A DNA stretch of 59,733 nucleotides from Clostridia bacterium (GTDB lineage: Bacteria; Bacillota; Clostridia; TANB77; CAG-508): NCBI GenBank assembly GCA_022798895.1, contig JAAWNJ010000001.1:1-59733 (forward strand), read 5' to 3'. The position numbers and the translations under genes were made by a program. Below are positions 44,563 through 54,013 of the stretch, in pieces. The notes beneath the pieces are model-generated. The model was not told where the DNA came from. It saw nothing but the letters and a program-made list of their open reading frames with translations, and searched no databases. How positions within the stretch are numbered: the first letter of the stretch is position 1; each line of letters begins with the position of its first letter.

Positions 44563-44662
44563 TTGCATCAAGCACTTCCTTGCTTGGTGCTTCTTTTTTA
44601 TCTTTACATTTTTTCAATTGCTCTTCTATAATCTCTTTTAGGCTTTTTTCAATTTCTTCCAT
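44537..44662 (-). CDS. Hypothetical small protein (41 aa)
   Basis: AAGGAGGAG + 3 nt + ATG (MEEIEKSLKEIIEEQLKK..). Confidence 0.4.
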   Translation of the reverse strand: MEEIEKSLKEIIEEQLKKCKDKKEAPSKEVLDAIIILDKLS

Positions 44663-44692
44663 ACACTCCTCCTTACTACCATTTGGTTGTGG

Positions 44693-44935
44693 TTAGTTTT
44701 GTTCGTTTTCTCGAACTTTTAATTTAAAAAAATATTCTGGTATATTTGAAAAAGAAATATTTAAAATTGAACAAATCTTCAATATTTCTTTTTGGGTGAA
44801 ATAAGTATTGCTATTTATCTTATTACTAATCGTTGTATCGTCAATCCCTAATTCTGTTGCTAGTCTACTTTGTGTTCCCAATACTTCTTTAATTCTCCCT
44901 TTTAATTTATCATGATTTATCTCTGGATTTTCCAC
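44693..44935 (-). CDS. Cro-like XRE HTH regulator
   Basis: 80 aa. AGGAGG + 7 nt + GTG. ..TQSRLATELGIDDTTISNK.. Divergent from the cI-like gene. Confidence 0.7.
   Translation of the reverse strand: MENPEINHDKLKGRIKEVLGTQSRLATELGIDDTTISNKINSNTYFTQKEILKICSILNISFSNIPEYFFKLKVRENEQN
44701..44716. promoter_or_regulatory. Operator-like inverted repeat GTTCG-TTTTCT-CGAAC
   Basis: Second copy of the 44957-44972 site, at the 3' end of the cro-like gene. Confidence 0.45.
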
Positions 44936-44956
44936 CTTTATTCCTCCTTTCTGTTT

Positions 44957-44972
44957 GTTCGTGTTCTCGAAC
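44957..44972. promoter_or_regulatory. Operator-like inverted repeat GTTCG-TGTTCT-CGAAC
   Basis: Lies in the cro/cI divergent intergenic region. Confidence 0.5.
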
Positions 44973-45109
44973 TGTAATTATATTATCAAATATAAAAATC
45001 AAAGTCAATACTTTTTTGAAAAAAATTCGATTTTCTTAATTTTTTTTCATATTTTTATTGATTTTTTTCGGAAAGTCGTTTATAATAGCATTTATGGAGG
45101 TATCTTTTT

Positions 45110-45469
45110 ATGGACGGATTAGTAGACACATTTTCTAATCGATTAAATACAGCTATGAAAATAAGAAACATTAAAGCTACAGAACTTTCCTTAAAGACTG
45201 GTATAGCAAAATCTTCACTAAGTGAATATATAAATGGAAAATATGAAGCTAAACAAGATGGAGTATATTTATTAGCTAAAGCTTTAGATGTAAACGAAGC
45301 TTGGCTTATGGGCTGTGATGTACCAATGGAAAGGAAAGATACTCTTTCTGATATTCGTATGGCTTCTTATAATGGCATAGACACAGAAGGATTAGATGAA
45401 AATGACATAGACGAAATAAATCGTTTTGTTGAATTTATTAAGAATAAAAAGAAAATGGATAACAAATAA
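45110..45469 (+). CDS. cI-like XRE-family repressor
   Basis: 119 aa; ..IKATELSLKTGIAKSSLSEYINGKYEAKQDGVYLLAKALDVNEAWL.. Confidence 0.75.
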   Translation: MDGLVDTFSNRLNTAMKIRNIKATELSLKTGIAKSSLSEYINGKYEAKQDGVYLLAKALDVNEAWLMGCDVPMERKDTLSDIRMASYNGIDTEGLDENDIDEINRFVEFIKNKKKMDNK

Positions 45470-45492
45470 TTATTTTAAAGGAGGCTTTTATT

Positions 45493-45666
45493 ATGATGAA
45501 AGAATTAGTAATGGAAGTTACAAATGCACTTCCTAACACTGCAACTTTAGAAGAAATCATTGATGCAATATACATGCGTTTAAAAATCGAGCAAGGCATA
45601 AATGCTGTAAAAAATGGTGAAGAATATACAGAAGAAGAAGTATTGGAGGAAATAAAGAAATGGTAA
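45493..45666 (+). CDS. Putative antitoxin
   Basis: 57 aa; AAGGAGG + 8 nt + ATG; overlaps the toxin start (ATGGTAA). Confidence 0.5.
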   Translation: MMKELVMEVTNALPNTATLEEIIDAIYMRLKIEQGINAVKNGEEYTEEEVLEEIKKW

Positions 45667-45974
45667 TACATTGGACTAAATATGCTTTGCAAGACTTGAA
45701 GGAATTTTCTGAATATTCAAAAAAGAATAATGTTCAAGAATATATAGAAAAACTTATTAAAAGTGTTGGAAATTTGAAAGAATTTCCTAAGCTTGGACAT
45801 ATTTATACTTATTCGCAACAATATATTATTAGAAAGTATGTGCATGAAGAACATATTGTTTTATATTATGTAGATAATAATATTATTCATATTTTAGTAG
45901 CAGTACATCACAAACAAGACATTAATAAAAAACTTAATTTTATAAAGAATATTATTGAAACCGATATTGTTTAA
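45660..45974 (+). CDS. RelE/ParE-family toxin
   Basis: 104 aa; ..WTKYALQDLKEF.Y...........I...V..L.EFPKLG......IRKYV..EHIVLYYVD.NIIHILVAVHHKQD.. Confidence 0.6.
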   Translation: MVIHWTKYALQDLKEFSEYSKKNNVQEYIEKLIKSVGNLKEFPKLGHIYTYSQQYIIRKYVHEEHIVLYYVDNNIIHILVAVHHKQDINKKLNFIKNIIETDIV

Positions 45975-45994
45975 TTTCCTAAAAAGAGGGGCAA

Positions 45995-46408
45995 ATGAAT
46001 ACTTTAGATTTATATGGAATTGTTGATAAAGAAAAGATTAATATTGAAGATTTTAATTGGTCTAGTGCAAAAGCTAGAATATTTGAAATAGATAATAAGT
46101 ATTACATAGCATTAGATAATAAGCAAATAGATACTAGTATAGAAGAAAAAGAGATACTAGCAGAGGAGCTTGGACATTATTTCTGCAACGCATTATATTA
46201 TATTAATTCAAGTAAAGAATTAAAAGACAAGTGCGAATTGCGAGCTAAGAAATGGGCTTACTCTGTACTAGTTCCGCTTCAAAAACTACAAGAAAAAATC
46301 ACACAAGGTTTTAACTTGTATGACTTGGCTGATTATTTTAATGTTGATATTAAATATATGATTGATTGTCTTGACTTTTATGCTGAAAAATACGGCGTAT
46401 TAGTCTAA
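45995..46408 (+). CDS. ImmA/IrrE-like metallopeptidase-domain protein
   Basis: 137 aa. ..EKEILAEELGHYFCN.. shows a degenerate HExxH (EELGH). Position next to the repressor is typical. Confidence 0.5.
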   Translation: MNTLDLYGIVDKEKINIEDFNWSSAKARIFEIDNKYYIALDNKQIDTSIEEKEILAEELGHYFCNALYYINSSKELKDKCELRAKKWAYSVLVPLQKLQEKITQGFNLYDLADYFNVDIKYMIDCLDFYAEKYGVLV

Positions 46409-46558
46409 ATATAAAAAAGGAAAATAAATGTTGTTTACTTACCACAGCTCAACACATTTATTTTCCACCAAACCACTTGAAAGTGATTATATTCATATTA
46501 TATATGAAATACCTTCATTTTTCAAGTGCTATACAAAGAAAAAATGGAGGTATTTTTT

Positions 46559-47872
46559 ATGAAAGTAAGTATTAGAACAAACAAACTAAAGAAAGGAAAT
46601 AGTTACACTGTTTTCATTGATTATGGGATTGTAAATGACAGTAGGAAAAGAGAACCTTTAGAGACATTCTCTAATAAGAAAGATGCTGATAATTATAAAT
46701 CTAAAGTTCAAACAGAAATAAATAATAATAGCTTTATCCATGTACCAGATATTTCGTTCTCTGAAGCAATTGATGAATGGATGAAAAACTATGTTGAGAA
46801 CAATTGTGAACCTAATACAGCTGAGAGTTATAGAGGAACTAACGAGAAATATTTAAAACCTTGCTTAGGACACATTCCCTTCAAGGTCATTTCTTCTCCA
46901 CAAGGTATAGATATAATTAATAGCTATTATCACTATCTTCGCTTTGAACTAGAAAATGAAACCATCATTGATAAAAGAACAAGAAAGGAAAAACATAAGA
47001 AAAACTTATCTTATAACAGTGTAGACCATCACAAGGCACAAATTAGTGGAATTTTAACGTATTTTATGAGCTGTAAAAAGATTTCTAATAATATTTGCTT
47101 AAATACTGTTATTCCCAAAACCGAAGAAGAAAAAATGAAAGATGTTGTAATTGATGACATAGAAAATTTTGAAGATGACGAACTATATGAAGATGATGAA
47201 TTTATTACTCCAGAACAAGCTGTTCAAGTTATAAATCTATTCATGAATACAGATATGATGCTTCCAGTTTGTTGGGCTGCATTTGTTGGACTAAGACGAA
47301 GTGAAATAGCTGGTATTCTAAAAAGTAAGGTAGATAAATCTATTCGAAAAGTAGTTATAAAAACAGTTAGAGTCCGTTGTGGTAATAAAACAATATTTAA
47401 AAAGAAAAACAAAAATAAATCTTCTACTAGGTCTCTATACTTCCCTTCTATAATGTTAAAAGTAATTGAACTAGATGAAAAAAGACAAGCACAAAATAAA
47501 ATTCGATATGGTGATGAATATATAGACTCTAAATTTTTATGTGTTAAAGATAACGGAGAACCTTTAAAGGTAAATTATCTAAGCGCACATTTTAAAATTG
47601 TTTTTGAAAAATTTTACAATTCAGAAAAAGAAAAAGCACAGCGAGAAAATAGAGAATTTAATTTTCCATACATAACACTTCATAAATTGCGTCATTTAAA
47701 TATTTCATCTCTTCTAGCTAATGGGGCATATCTAACTGACGTAAAAAGCAACGCAGGGCATTCTGACGTCAATACGACTATGATATATACTCATAACTAT
47801 ACTGAAGGTAAAAAAGAAATTGCAGATAAAACTGATGAAATTTATAAACCCCTATTTAAGATAAGTTGTTAA
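46559..47872 (+). CDS. Tyrosine integrase
   Basis: GGAGG + ATG. C-terminal ..ITLHKLRHLNISSLLANG..AGHSDVNTTMIYTH.. (R-H-R-Y catalytic pattern). Confidence 0.85.
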   Translation: MKVSIRTNKLKKGNSYTVFIDYGIVNDSRKREPLETFSNKKDADNYKSKVQTEINNNSFIHVPDISFSEAIDEWMKNYVENNCEPNTAESYRGTNEKYLKPCLGHIPFKVISSPQGIDIINSYYHYLRFELENETIIDKRTRKEKHKKNLSYNSVDHHKAQISGILTYFMSCKKISNNICLNTVIPKTEEEKMKDVVIDDIENFEDDELYEDDEFITPEQAVQVINLFMNTDMMLPVCWAAFVGLRRSEIAGILKSKVDKSIRKVVIKTVRVRCGNKTIFKKKNKNKSSTRSLYFPSIMLKVIELDEKRQAQNKIRYGDEYIDSKFLCVKDNGEPLKVNYLSAHFKIVFEKFYNSEKEKAQRENREFNFPYITLHKLRHLNISSLLANGAYLTDVKSNAGHSDVNTTMIYTHNYTEGKKEIADKTDEIYKPLFKISC

Positions 47873-47918
47873 GACTTATCTTTTATTTTTCTGTATCATT
47901 CTATGTTGTACTTAGTAC

Positions 47919-47939
47919 TTGGACAAGTTTTGGACAAGT
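47919..47939. repeat. Direct repeat ttggacaagt x2 (11-bp period), arm-type site candidate
   Basis: Copies at 47919-47928 and 47930-47939, between the integrase and tRNA-Gln. Confidence 0.5.
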
Positions 47940-47996
47940 AAGCTATTTTTAAGCAAAAAAATAACTTTCAGAAAGCTCTGAAAGTATTGATATTAC

Positions 47997-48071
47997 TGGT
48001 TGGGCTGGGTAGATTCGAACTACCGCATGCTAGAGTCAAAGTCTAGTGCCTTACCGCTTGGCTACAGCCCA
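47997..48071 (-). tRNA. tRNA-Gln (UUG)
   Basis: Acceptor TGGGCTG/CAGCCCA. Anticodon arm CTAGA-CTTTGAC-TCTAG. T arm GGTAG-TTCGAAT-CTACC. A + CCA encoded. A terminator hairpin lies at 47958-47980. Confidence 0.9.
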
Positions 48072-48160
48072 ATATATTTTAGCTTTTCGCAATGTTTCCG
48101 CATTACGAATCTGTAATTCGCTTTGCCCACACAGCTTCGGGCAACTACAGCCCAATATAT
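48072..48160 (-). other. Partial duplication of the tRNA-Gln 5' end plus degenerate tRNA-like filler
   Basis: The 16-mer ctacagcccaatatat occurs at 48062-48077 and 48145-48160. The filler has hairpin TTGCCC..GGGCAA and arm GCGAA-TTACAGA-TTCGT but no acceptor 3' strand. Confidence 0.5.
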
Positions 48161-48164
48161 AAAA

Positions 48165-48242
48165 TGGGGTGGAAGATGGGACTCGAACCCACGATCTCCA
48201 GTGCCACAAACTGGCGCGTTAACCAACTACGCCACATCCACC
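48165..48242 (-). tRNA. tRNA-His (GUG)
   Basis: Extra 5' G. Anticodon arm CCAGT-TTGTGGC-ACTGG. T loop TTCGAGT. CCA encoded. Confidence 0.9.
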
Positions 48243-48317
48243 ATAAATGCGTTGCTACTCAACGCATTTATAATTTTACAATATTTACTATTGGTTTGTC
48301 AAGACTCTATCTCAATT

Positions 48318-49022
48318 TTATTTTGCTTCTGCCCAAATAATTAATCTTTGCTTAGAATCATCTGTACAGGTTGATAATGAAATCTCTCTTTTTCCTTTTG
48401 TATCTCTTACCATATAGTTTGCATCTTCAGTCGATGTATTATATTTTTTAGTAATTGTATATGTAACTTTTTTTCCAGATAAATCTGTCAAATAAATTTT
48501 ATCCCCTAATTCTAATTTTTTATTATTCGAGAAAAAGGTTCCATTTCTATAATTGTGTCCTATAATAACTGTGTTTCCCACTTCGTTAATTCCTGGTCCA
48601 CTTAGTACTGCTACTGCCACTTCAATAGCACTATCTGTTGCTGTTTCTAAAACAGGGCAATTTAGCTTTATTTTAGGGATTTCAATTTTCCCCACCATGT
48701 TAAATCCTTTATATTTTGGCTTATTGGATGTCGTTCCTCCATTTCCACCATTATTAGTATTAGTATTGGTAATCGTATTATTTTCATCAACAACTGGATC
48801 TGCTATATCTACTACATTATTTTCTACATTATTAGTACTTGGATTTTTAGTTATTGTATTATTCACATAGCCATCAAATTGTCCTGAGCCTTCCTCTGCC
48901 TCATTCCCTGTGGTATAAGCCTTATACCAATCAATTCCTACATAAATAAGAATACCTAAAATAGCAATAATTGCAACCACTAACAAAACAGTTAATAATT
49001 TATTATACTTACTATTAAACAT
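48318..49022 (-). CDS. Sortase-family transpeptidase
   Basis: N-terminal TM segment; ..VIIGHNYRNG.., ..ISLSTCTD.., ..RLIIWAE (His/Cys/Arg triad pattern). Confidence 0.75.
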   Translation of the reverse strand: MFNSKYNKLLTVLLVVAIIAILGILIYVGIDWYKAYTTGNEAEEGSGQFDGYVNNTITKNPSTNNVENNVVDIADPVVDENNTITNTNTNNGGNGGTTSNKPKYKGFNMVGKIEIPKIKLNCPVLETATDSAIEVAVAVLSGPGINEVGNTVIIGHNYRNGTFFSNNKKLELGDKIYLTDLSGKKVTYTITKKYNTSTEDANYMVRDTKGKREISLSTCTDDSKQRLIIWAEAK

Positions 49023-49104
49023 TTGTATCCCTCCTTTTAGAAATTCTTAATCATATAATGATTATACCATATTTTCTAAAATTTTTCTATAGTTCTTTCT
49101 CTAT

Positions 49105-49452
49105 TTATTCAACAATTTTTTGTCCCATTGTTCTTCCTGCTAATAAATGAAAATGTAAGTGCATTACCTCTTGCCCTGAATCTGGTCCACAATTAGAAAT
49201 AATGCGAAATCCTTTTTCGTCTATCCCCAATTGTTTTGCTATTTTTTGCATCACAACCACCATTCTTCCCATTAATTCACTATCTTCCTTTTGAATCTCC
49301 ATTAAATTTGCGATGTGTTTTTTTGGAATGATTAACACATGAATTGGTGCTGCTGGTTGAATATCTTTAAAAGCTAAAATTTCATCATCTTCATATACTT
49401 TTTCTGAAGGAATTTCTCCTTTGATAATTTTACAAAAAATACAATCTTCCAT
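49105..49452 (-). CDS. HIT-family protein
   Basis: AAGGAG + ATG (MEDCIFCKII..). Histidine triad HLHFHLL. Confidence 0.85.
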   Translation of the reverse strand: MEDCIFCKIIKGEIPSEKVYEDDEILAFKDIQPAAPIHVLIIPKKHIANLMEIQKEDSELMGRMVVVMQKIAKQLGIDEKGFRIISNCGPDSGQEVMHLHFHLLAGRTMGQKIVE

Positions 49453-49519
49453 TTTAATCTCCTTCAACTTTTGTAATTTCACTTCTTTTTATGTCTATAG
49501 CCCGCTTTACTTTGCATAG

Positions 49520-51274
49520 TTAACTTAATATTGCTTTAATTCTTCTAACACCTGCTGAACTTGCTTCTTCTTTCTTAATGCTAAAATGTCCAAGTTCTCC
49601 TGTATGCGTTACATGAGGCCCTCCACAAATTTCTTTTGATACAGTCCCAATTGTATATACAGTCACTTCATCTGGATACTTCTCAATAAACATACATTCT
49701 GCACCAGATGCCACAGCATCTTCTTTTTTCATAGTCTCAATGGTAACAGACAAATCTTGTTTGATCCATTCATTAACTAAATCTTCCACTTTTTGCTTTT
49801 CTTCATCTGTCAATTTATGGTCACAACTAAAGTCAAATCTCATTCTTTCAGTTGTAATATTAGAACCCTTTTGGTGGATATCTTGACTTACAACTACTTT
49901 TAGTGCAGCATTTAAAAGGTGCGTTGCTGTATGATATTTTGTGGTTTGCTCATTTTGTTCTGCTAAGCCCCCTTTGAATTTTTGCTCACTACCTTGTCTT
50001 GACTTTTCTTGATGTTCTTTAAATAACTTGTCAAACTCTGACGTTTCTATTTCAAATCCTTGTTCTTTTGCTAAGTCTTGTGTAACTTCTGGTGGAAATC
50101 CATAAGTTTCATATAATTTGAATATAGTATGCCCATCAATTACATTTTTATTCTCTTGTTTTAATTTTGCAACGACTTTATTAAACTCTCTTTCTCCATT
50201 TGCTAAAGTTTTTACAAACTTATCCTTTTCAGTTACAATTACTTCTTTTATATTTTCTTTTTTCTCTACTAAATCAGGATATAGCTCTTTTAATGTTTCT
50301 ATATATAGCTCTATTAATGTTGGAAGCTCATTTAAATCAATCTGTAATTTATTTAAATGTCTTGTCATTCTTCTAATTAATCTTCTTAAAACATACCCTC
50401 TATCAATATTGCTTGGTCTTCCTCCATCTGCTATTATCATTATACTAGAGCGTAAGTGCTCTGCCACAATTCTTCTGCTTTCTATATAGTCTACTTTTGC
50501 TAGTTCCTTTAATTTTTCCATTACTGGCAAGAACAACTCAATGTCAAAAGGAGTTTCTTTTCCTTGTAACAACATTGCCATTCTTTCTAGTCCAAGCCCA
50601 GTGTCTACATTTTGTTGTTTCAACTTTGTAATAGAACCATCTTTTGCTTTATAAAATTCCATAAATACATTATTCCAAATTTCCACATATTTACCACAAT
50701 CGCAATCAGGTCCACAGTTCGGACTACATGCTGGTCTTCCTGTATCTAAGAACATTTCTGTATCTGGTCCACAAGGTCCTTCCTCTCCTGCTATCCACCA
50801 ATTGTTATCTTTTCCATAAAAATAAATTCTCTCTTCTGGAATTCCTGCTTTTTTCCAGCTTTCAGCTGCTACCATATCTCTTGGTGCATCTTCATCTCCT
50901 GCAAAGCAAGTTACTGATAATTTTTCTGGATCAATACCTAATTCTTTTGTCAAGAATTCATATGACATCGCAATTGCTTCTTCTTTAAAGTAATCTCCTA
51001 AAGACCAGTTTCCAAGCATCTCGAAGTAAGTAAGATGACGGTTATCTCCTACTTCGTCAATATCATTAGTTCTGATACATTTTTGGTAGTCTGTAAGACG
51101 TGTACCTTCTGGGTGCTTTTCTCCTAATAAATATGGCACTAGTGGTTGCATTCCTGCTGTTGTAAACAGTACAGATGGATCATTTTCTGGTATCAATGGG
51201 CTACTTGGAATAACTTTATGTCCATGACTTTTAAAAAAGTTTAAATATTTATTTCTTATTTCTATTGCTTTCAT
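49520..51274 (-). CDS. Alanine--tRNA ligase-like protein, short form (584 aa)
   Basis: Class II AlaRS N-terminus (..FTTAGMQP..KCIRTNDID..GDNRHLTYFEMLGNWS..) plus editing-domain motifs (HTATHLL.., CGGPHV..). No C-Ala domain. Confidence 0.75.
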   Translation of the reverse strand: MKAIEIRNKYLNFFKSHGHKVIPSSPLIPENDPSVLFTTAGMQPLVPYLLGEKHPEGTRLTDYQKCIRTNDIDEVGDNRHLTYFEMLGNWSLGDYFKEEAIAMSYEFLTKELGIDPEKLSVTCFAGDEDAPRDMVAAESWKKAGIPEERIYFYGKDNNWWIAGEEGPCGPDTEMFLDTGRPACSPNCGPDCDCGKYVEIWNNVFMEFYKAKDGSITKLKQQNVDTGLGLERMAMLLQGKETPFDIELFLPVMEKLKELAKVDYIESRRIVAEHLRSSIMIIADGGRPSNIDRGYVLRRLIRRMTRHLNKLQIDLNELPTLIELYIETLKELYPDLVEKKENIKEVIVTEKDKFVKTLANGEREFNKVVAKLKQENKNVIDGHTIFKLYETYGFPPEVTQDLAKEQGFEIETSEFDKLFKEHQEKSRQGSEQKFKGGLAEQNEQTTKYHTATHLLNAALKVVVSQDIHQKGSNITTERMRFDFSCDHKLTDEEKQKVEDLVNEWIKQDLSVTIETMKKEDAVASGAECMFIEKYPDEVTVYTIGTVSKEICGGPHVTHTGELGHFSIKKEEASSAGVRRIKAILS

Positions 51275-51567
51275 TATCTATTCCCCTCTTTTAGCAAATT
51301 GTTGTTACATAATTTGATTAAGATTATATACTATGAGTTGCTAGAAATCAAGATTTACGAAAAGAAATCTTTTAACTCACACAAACTTCAAAAAGCTTTG
51401 CTTTTTAGAAGTTGTGATATTTACATATTCCTTATCATCAATATTACATATTTTATCCCCCAACCTTCCTGTGTTCAATTCTGTCAAGTTCATATTAATT
51501 TGCTTTTTACCTAAGCTTTTTTCACTTAGAGTAAAAAGAAGTACATAAAAAATGCACTCCCTAATCT

Positions 51568-52110
51568 CTATTCTTCTATTCCTATAAATAATTGAACAAA
51601 TACCTTTCCATAAATAGGACTTTCTACTACACATACTCCTGTATAGTTAAATTTTTCTTCTAGAATGTTTTCTCTATGTGTTTTAGAATTCATCCAAGAT
51701 TCTACTGCTTTTTTTGGTGCCATGTTTCCTGCTAAATTTTCTCCCGCTATATCATAATCTACTTGATTCGCTTTTAGCATTTCAAATGGAGTTCCTAATT
51801 GTTTGGAATGATGCGAAAAATATTCATTTTCTACTAAGTCAGTTGCTTTTAACTTTGCTGTTTGTTGTAATCTATCAAGTGGTTTTAGCGCTTCTAAACC
51901 ATTTTGTTTTCTATATTCATTTACCAAATCTAAAGTTTCTTGTTCTTCTTGTGACATTTTCACTGTTTGTATCAACATTTCTTGTATTCTTTCATATTTC
52001 TCTAATTCTTCTACTTTTGCAGTTTGAAATGCTGCTAAAGAAATACTTTCCATCAAAATAAAAATGACAAAGAATAAAATTGTAAGAAGTTTTCTTCTTA
52101 TCTTTTTCAT
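51568..52110 (-). CDS. Secreted CAP/SCP-domain protein
   Basis: Signal peptide; ..VNEYRKQNGLEALK..YFSHHS..GENLAG..AVESWMNSKTHRENIL.. Confidence 0.7.
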   Translation of the reverse strand: MKKIRRKLLTILFFVIFILMESISLAAFQTAKVEELEKYERIQEMLIQTVKMSQEEQETLDLVNEYRKQNGLEALKPLDRLQQTAKLKATDLVENEYFSHHSKQLGTPFEMLKANQVDYDIAGENLAGNMAPKKAVESWMNSKTHRENILEEKFNYTGVCVVESPIYGKVFVQLFIGIEE

Positions 52111-52370
52111 GTTTGCACATCCCTTAAAATTTTTTCCTATCAATATTTTTTTCTTAAGTTTTGTGTTCCTTTTATTTTATCCCTTGTAATCTATAATTAT
52201 TCTCTTTTGACAAACAACAGTTATATTATATCGCATTTTCAACATTATGTCAACTTACTTTTTGCTAATTTCTTAATTTTCTTTGCATTAAAATTAGTTT
52301 TTACTTTACTTTTCTATTGCATATATTTCATTTAATATGCTATGATATATACTAAAGGTGGTGATTTTTT

Positions 52371-53072
52371 ATGATGGATTATTATGATGCTAGCAATGAA
52401 GTTAATAATGACCCTATCCAAACACTAGATATGAATGGCGTCCTTTCTAATACATTTTTTAGAATGTTTTTAGGATTACTAGCAAGTGGTATTACGGCTG
52501 CTTTTGCTTATTACTCTGGATTATATATCCCTCTTATCTTAAGTAATGGCTTTTTCTATTTGGCTATTGCTGAAGTAATTGTAGTCCTAGTTTTCTCACT
52601 TATGTTTAGAAAGCTATCTCCTACAGCTGTTACTGTATTATTCTTTGCCTATGCTTTCTTAAATGGCTTTACTCTCTCTGTAATTTTTGCAGCATTTGAA
52701 TTAAGCTCTATTATTTATGCTTTCTTTGGCACAGCAGCATTATTTGGAGTTTTGGCTTATCTAGGATATAAGACTAAAAAGGATATTTCAAGCTGGGGAA
52801 CAGTTTTAACAGTTGCTCTTTTGATTGGAGTTGTTTTGACAGTTGTTAATCTTTTCCTTAGAAATCCTATGTTAAATATTGCTTTAGATTGGGCAATTTT
52901 GGCTATTTTCTTTGGATTAACAATTTATGATATGAATAAAATTAAGAGAATGGGTGAAGAAGGTTTTTGTGAATCCGAGAAACTATATGTTTATGGTGCT
53001 ATGGAACTATACCTAGACTTTATTAACATTTTCCTCAGAATTTTATCTTTGTTTGGAAAGAGAAGAAACTAA
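52371..53072 (+). CDS. Bax inhibitor-1/YccA-family membrane protein
   Basis: 233 aa with ~7 TM segments; ..YDMNKIK.. near the C-terminus. Confidence 0.7.
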   Translation: MMDYYDASNEVNNDPIQTLDMNGVLSNTFFRMFLGLLASGITAAFAYYSGLYIPLILSNGFFYLAIAEVIVVLVFSLMFRKLSPTAVTVLFFAYAFLNGFTLSVIFAAFELSSIIYAFFGTAALFGVLAYLGYKTKKDISSWGTVLTVALLIGVVLTVVNLFLRNPMLNIALDWAILAIFFGLTIYDMNKIKRMGEEGFCESEKLYVYGAMELYLDFINIFLRILSLFGKRRN

Positions 53073-53101
53073 AATAGAGCACGAAGTTTCGTGCTCATTT
53101 T

Positions 53102-54013
53102 TTATTTCTCAACCAACTCATATTCTTCTATATTCGGCTCTTTGAATACCTCATCTGATACATTGCCAAATTCATATTCATAATCGCAATTTTCGTTATG
53201 TTGTATTTGCCTTACTATTAAGCCAGTATCTTTTTCAATGTAATAAATAATATGTTCATTTGGATCTCTCGAAAATCTATCGTTTTCAATAACATAACAC
53301 TCTCTATCATGATAAATAGTCCTTCCTATTTTTACTCTTGCACTCGTCCAAAGTTTTGATATTCCCTCTCCTATTTCTAGCTCTTCTAAAAAATAATTAT
53401 ATGGAACTAAAGATTCTTCACCGTTACTATCATATTCAGATATTTTTACTATCTTTTCATATTTTCCGTTGTTATATCCCTCACTATAAATTGTAATCCT
53501 ATCTTCTTTAGTGTATGCAGTGACTTTGTAGTTTTTGCCATCAATGACTACAAACTGAAAGATAGTTGCAAATTCTTTACCACTTTTATAAATATCTGTC
53601 ACTTCTATTCCATAATTATACATCTTCCTACTCATCGTTACATGGCAATCTGAAATCTTTTGTGTTTCTTTTAAAGTTTGCCTTAGTTCCTCTAATATCC
53701 TGTAATTCCTTAAAGTATTTGCCCAAAATACTAATATCATTGCTAATATAATTATCACAATACTACCTAAAGCTATTTTTGCTATCTTGAGTTTTTGATT
53801 TACTTTCTTCATATAGTTTATGGATTTGTCTGTATCTAATACTTTTGACTTTATCTCTTTTGTCATAGAAGTATAAACTTTATTGCATTCTGTACAACTT
53901 TGAAAATGTTCTTCTATATATTGATTTGTCTCTCCACTTGTTACTTTTTCAATGTAGTTTGGTAATAGGTCTTGTACTAATTTACATTCTCTTTTTTCTT
54001 TCATTTTCTTCAA
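53102..54013 (-). CDS. Anti-sigma factor (zf-HC2) with extracytoplasmic domain
   Basis: ..HFQSCTECNKVY.., one TM segment, overlaps the sigma gene upstream. Confidence 0.65.
   Translation of the reverse strand: MKKMKEKRECKLVQDLLPNYIEKVTSGETNQYIEEHFQSCTECNKVYTSMTKEIKSKVLDTDKSINYMKKVNQKLKIAKIALGSIVIIILAMILVFWANTLRNYRILEELRQTLKETQKISDCHVTMSRKMYNYGIEVTDIYKSGKEFATIFQFVVIDGKNYKVTAYTKEDRITIYSEGYNNGKYEKIVKISEYDSNGEESLVPYNYFLEELEIGEGISKLWTSARVKIGRTIYHDRECYVIENDRFSRDPNEHIIYYIEKDTGLIVRQIQHNENCDYEYEFGNVSDEVFKEPNIEEYELVEK

Larger units (their letters stand above)
1..47996 (-). mobile_element. Temperate siphovirus-type prophage (left end outside window) next to tRNA-Gln
   Basis: Contiguous tail, head, packaging, replication and lysogeny modules. 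The tyrosine integrase at the right end reads toward the 3' end of tRNA-Gln. Confidence 0.85.

Noticed and set aside
48092-48344. Plus-strand ORFs of 82 and 73 aa
   Set aside because: They are the reverse complement of tRNA-His and the tRNA-like filler.
51275-51567. A T-box leader upstream of the AlaRS-like gene
   Set aside because: No T-box consensus or specifier/antiterminator architecture is seen, only a promoter and a terminator of the upstream gene.
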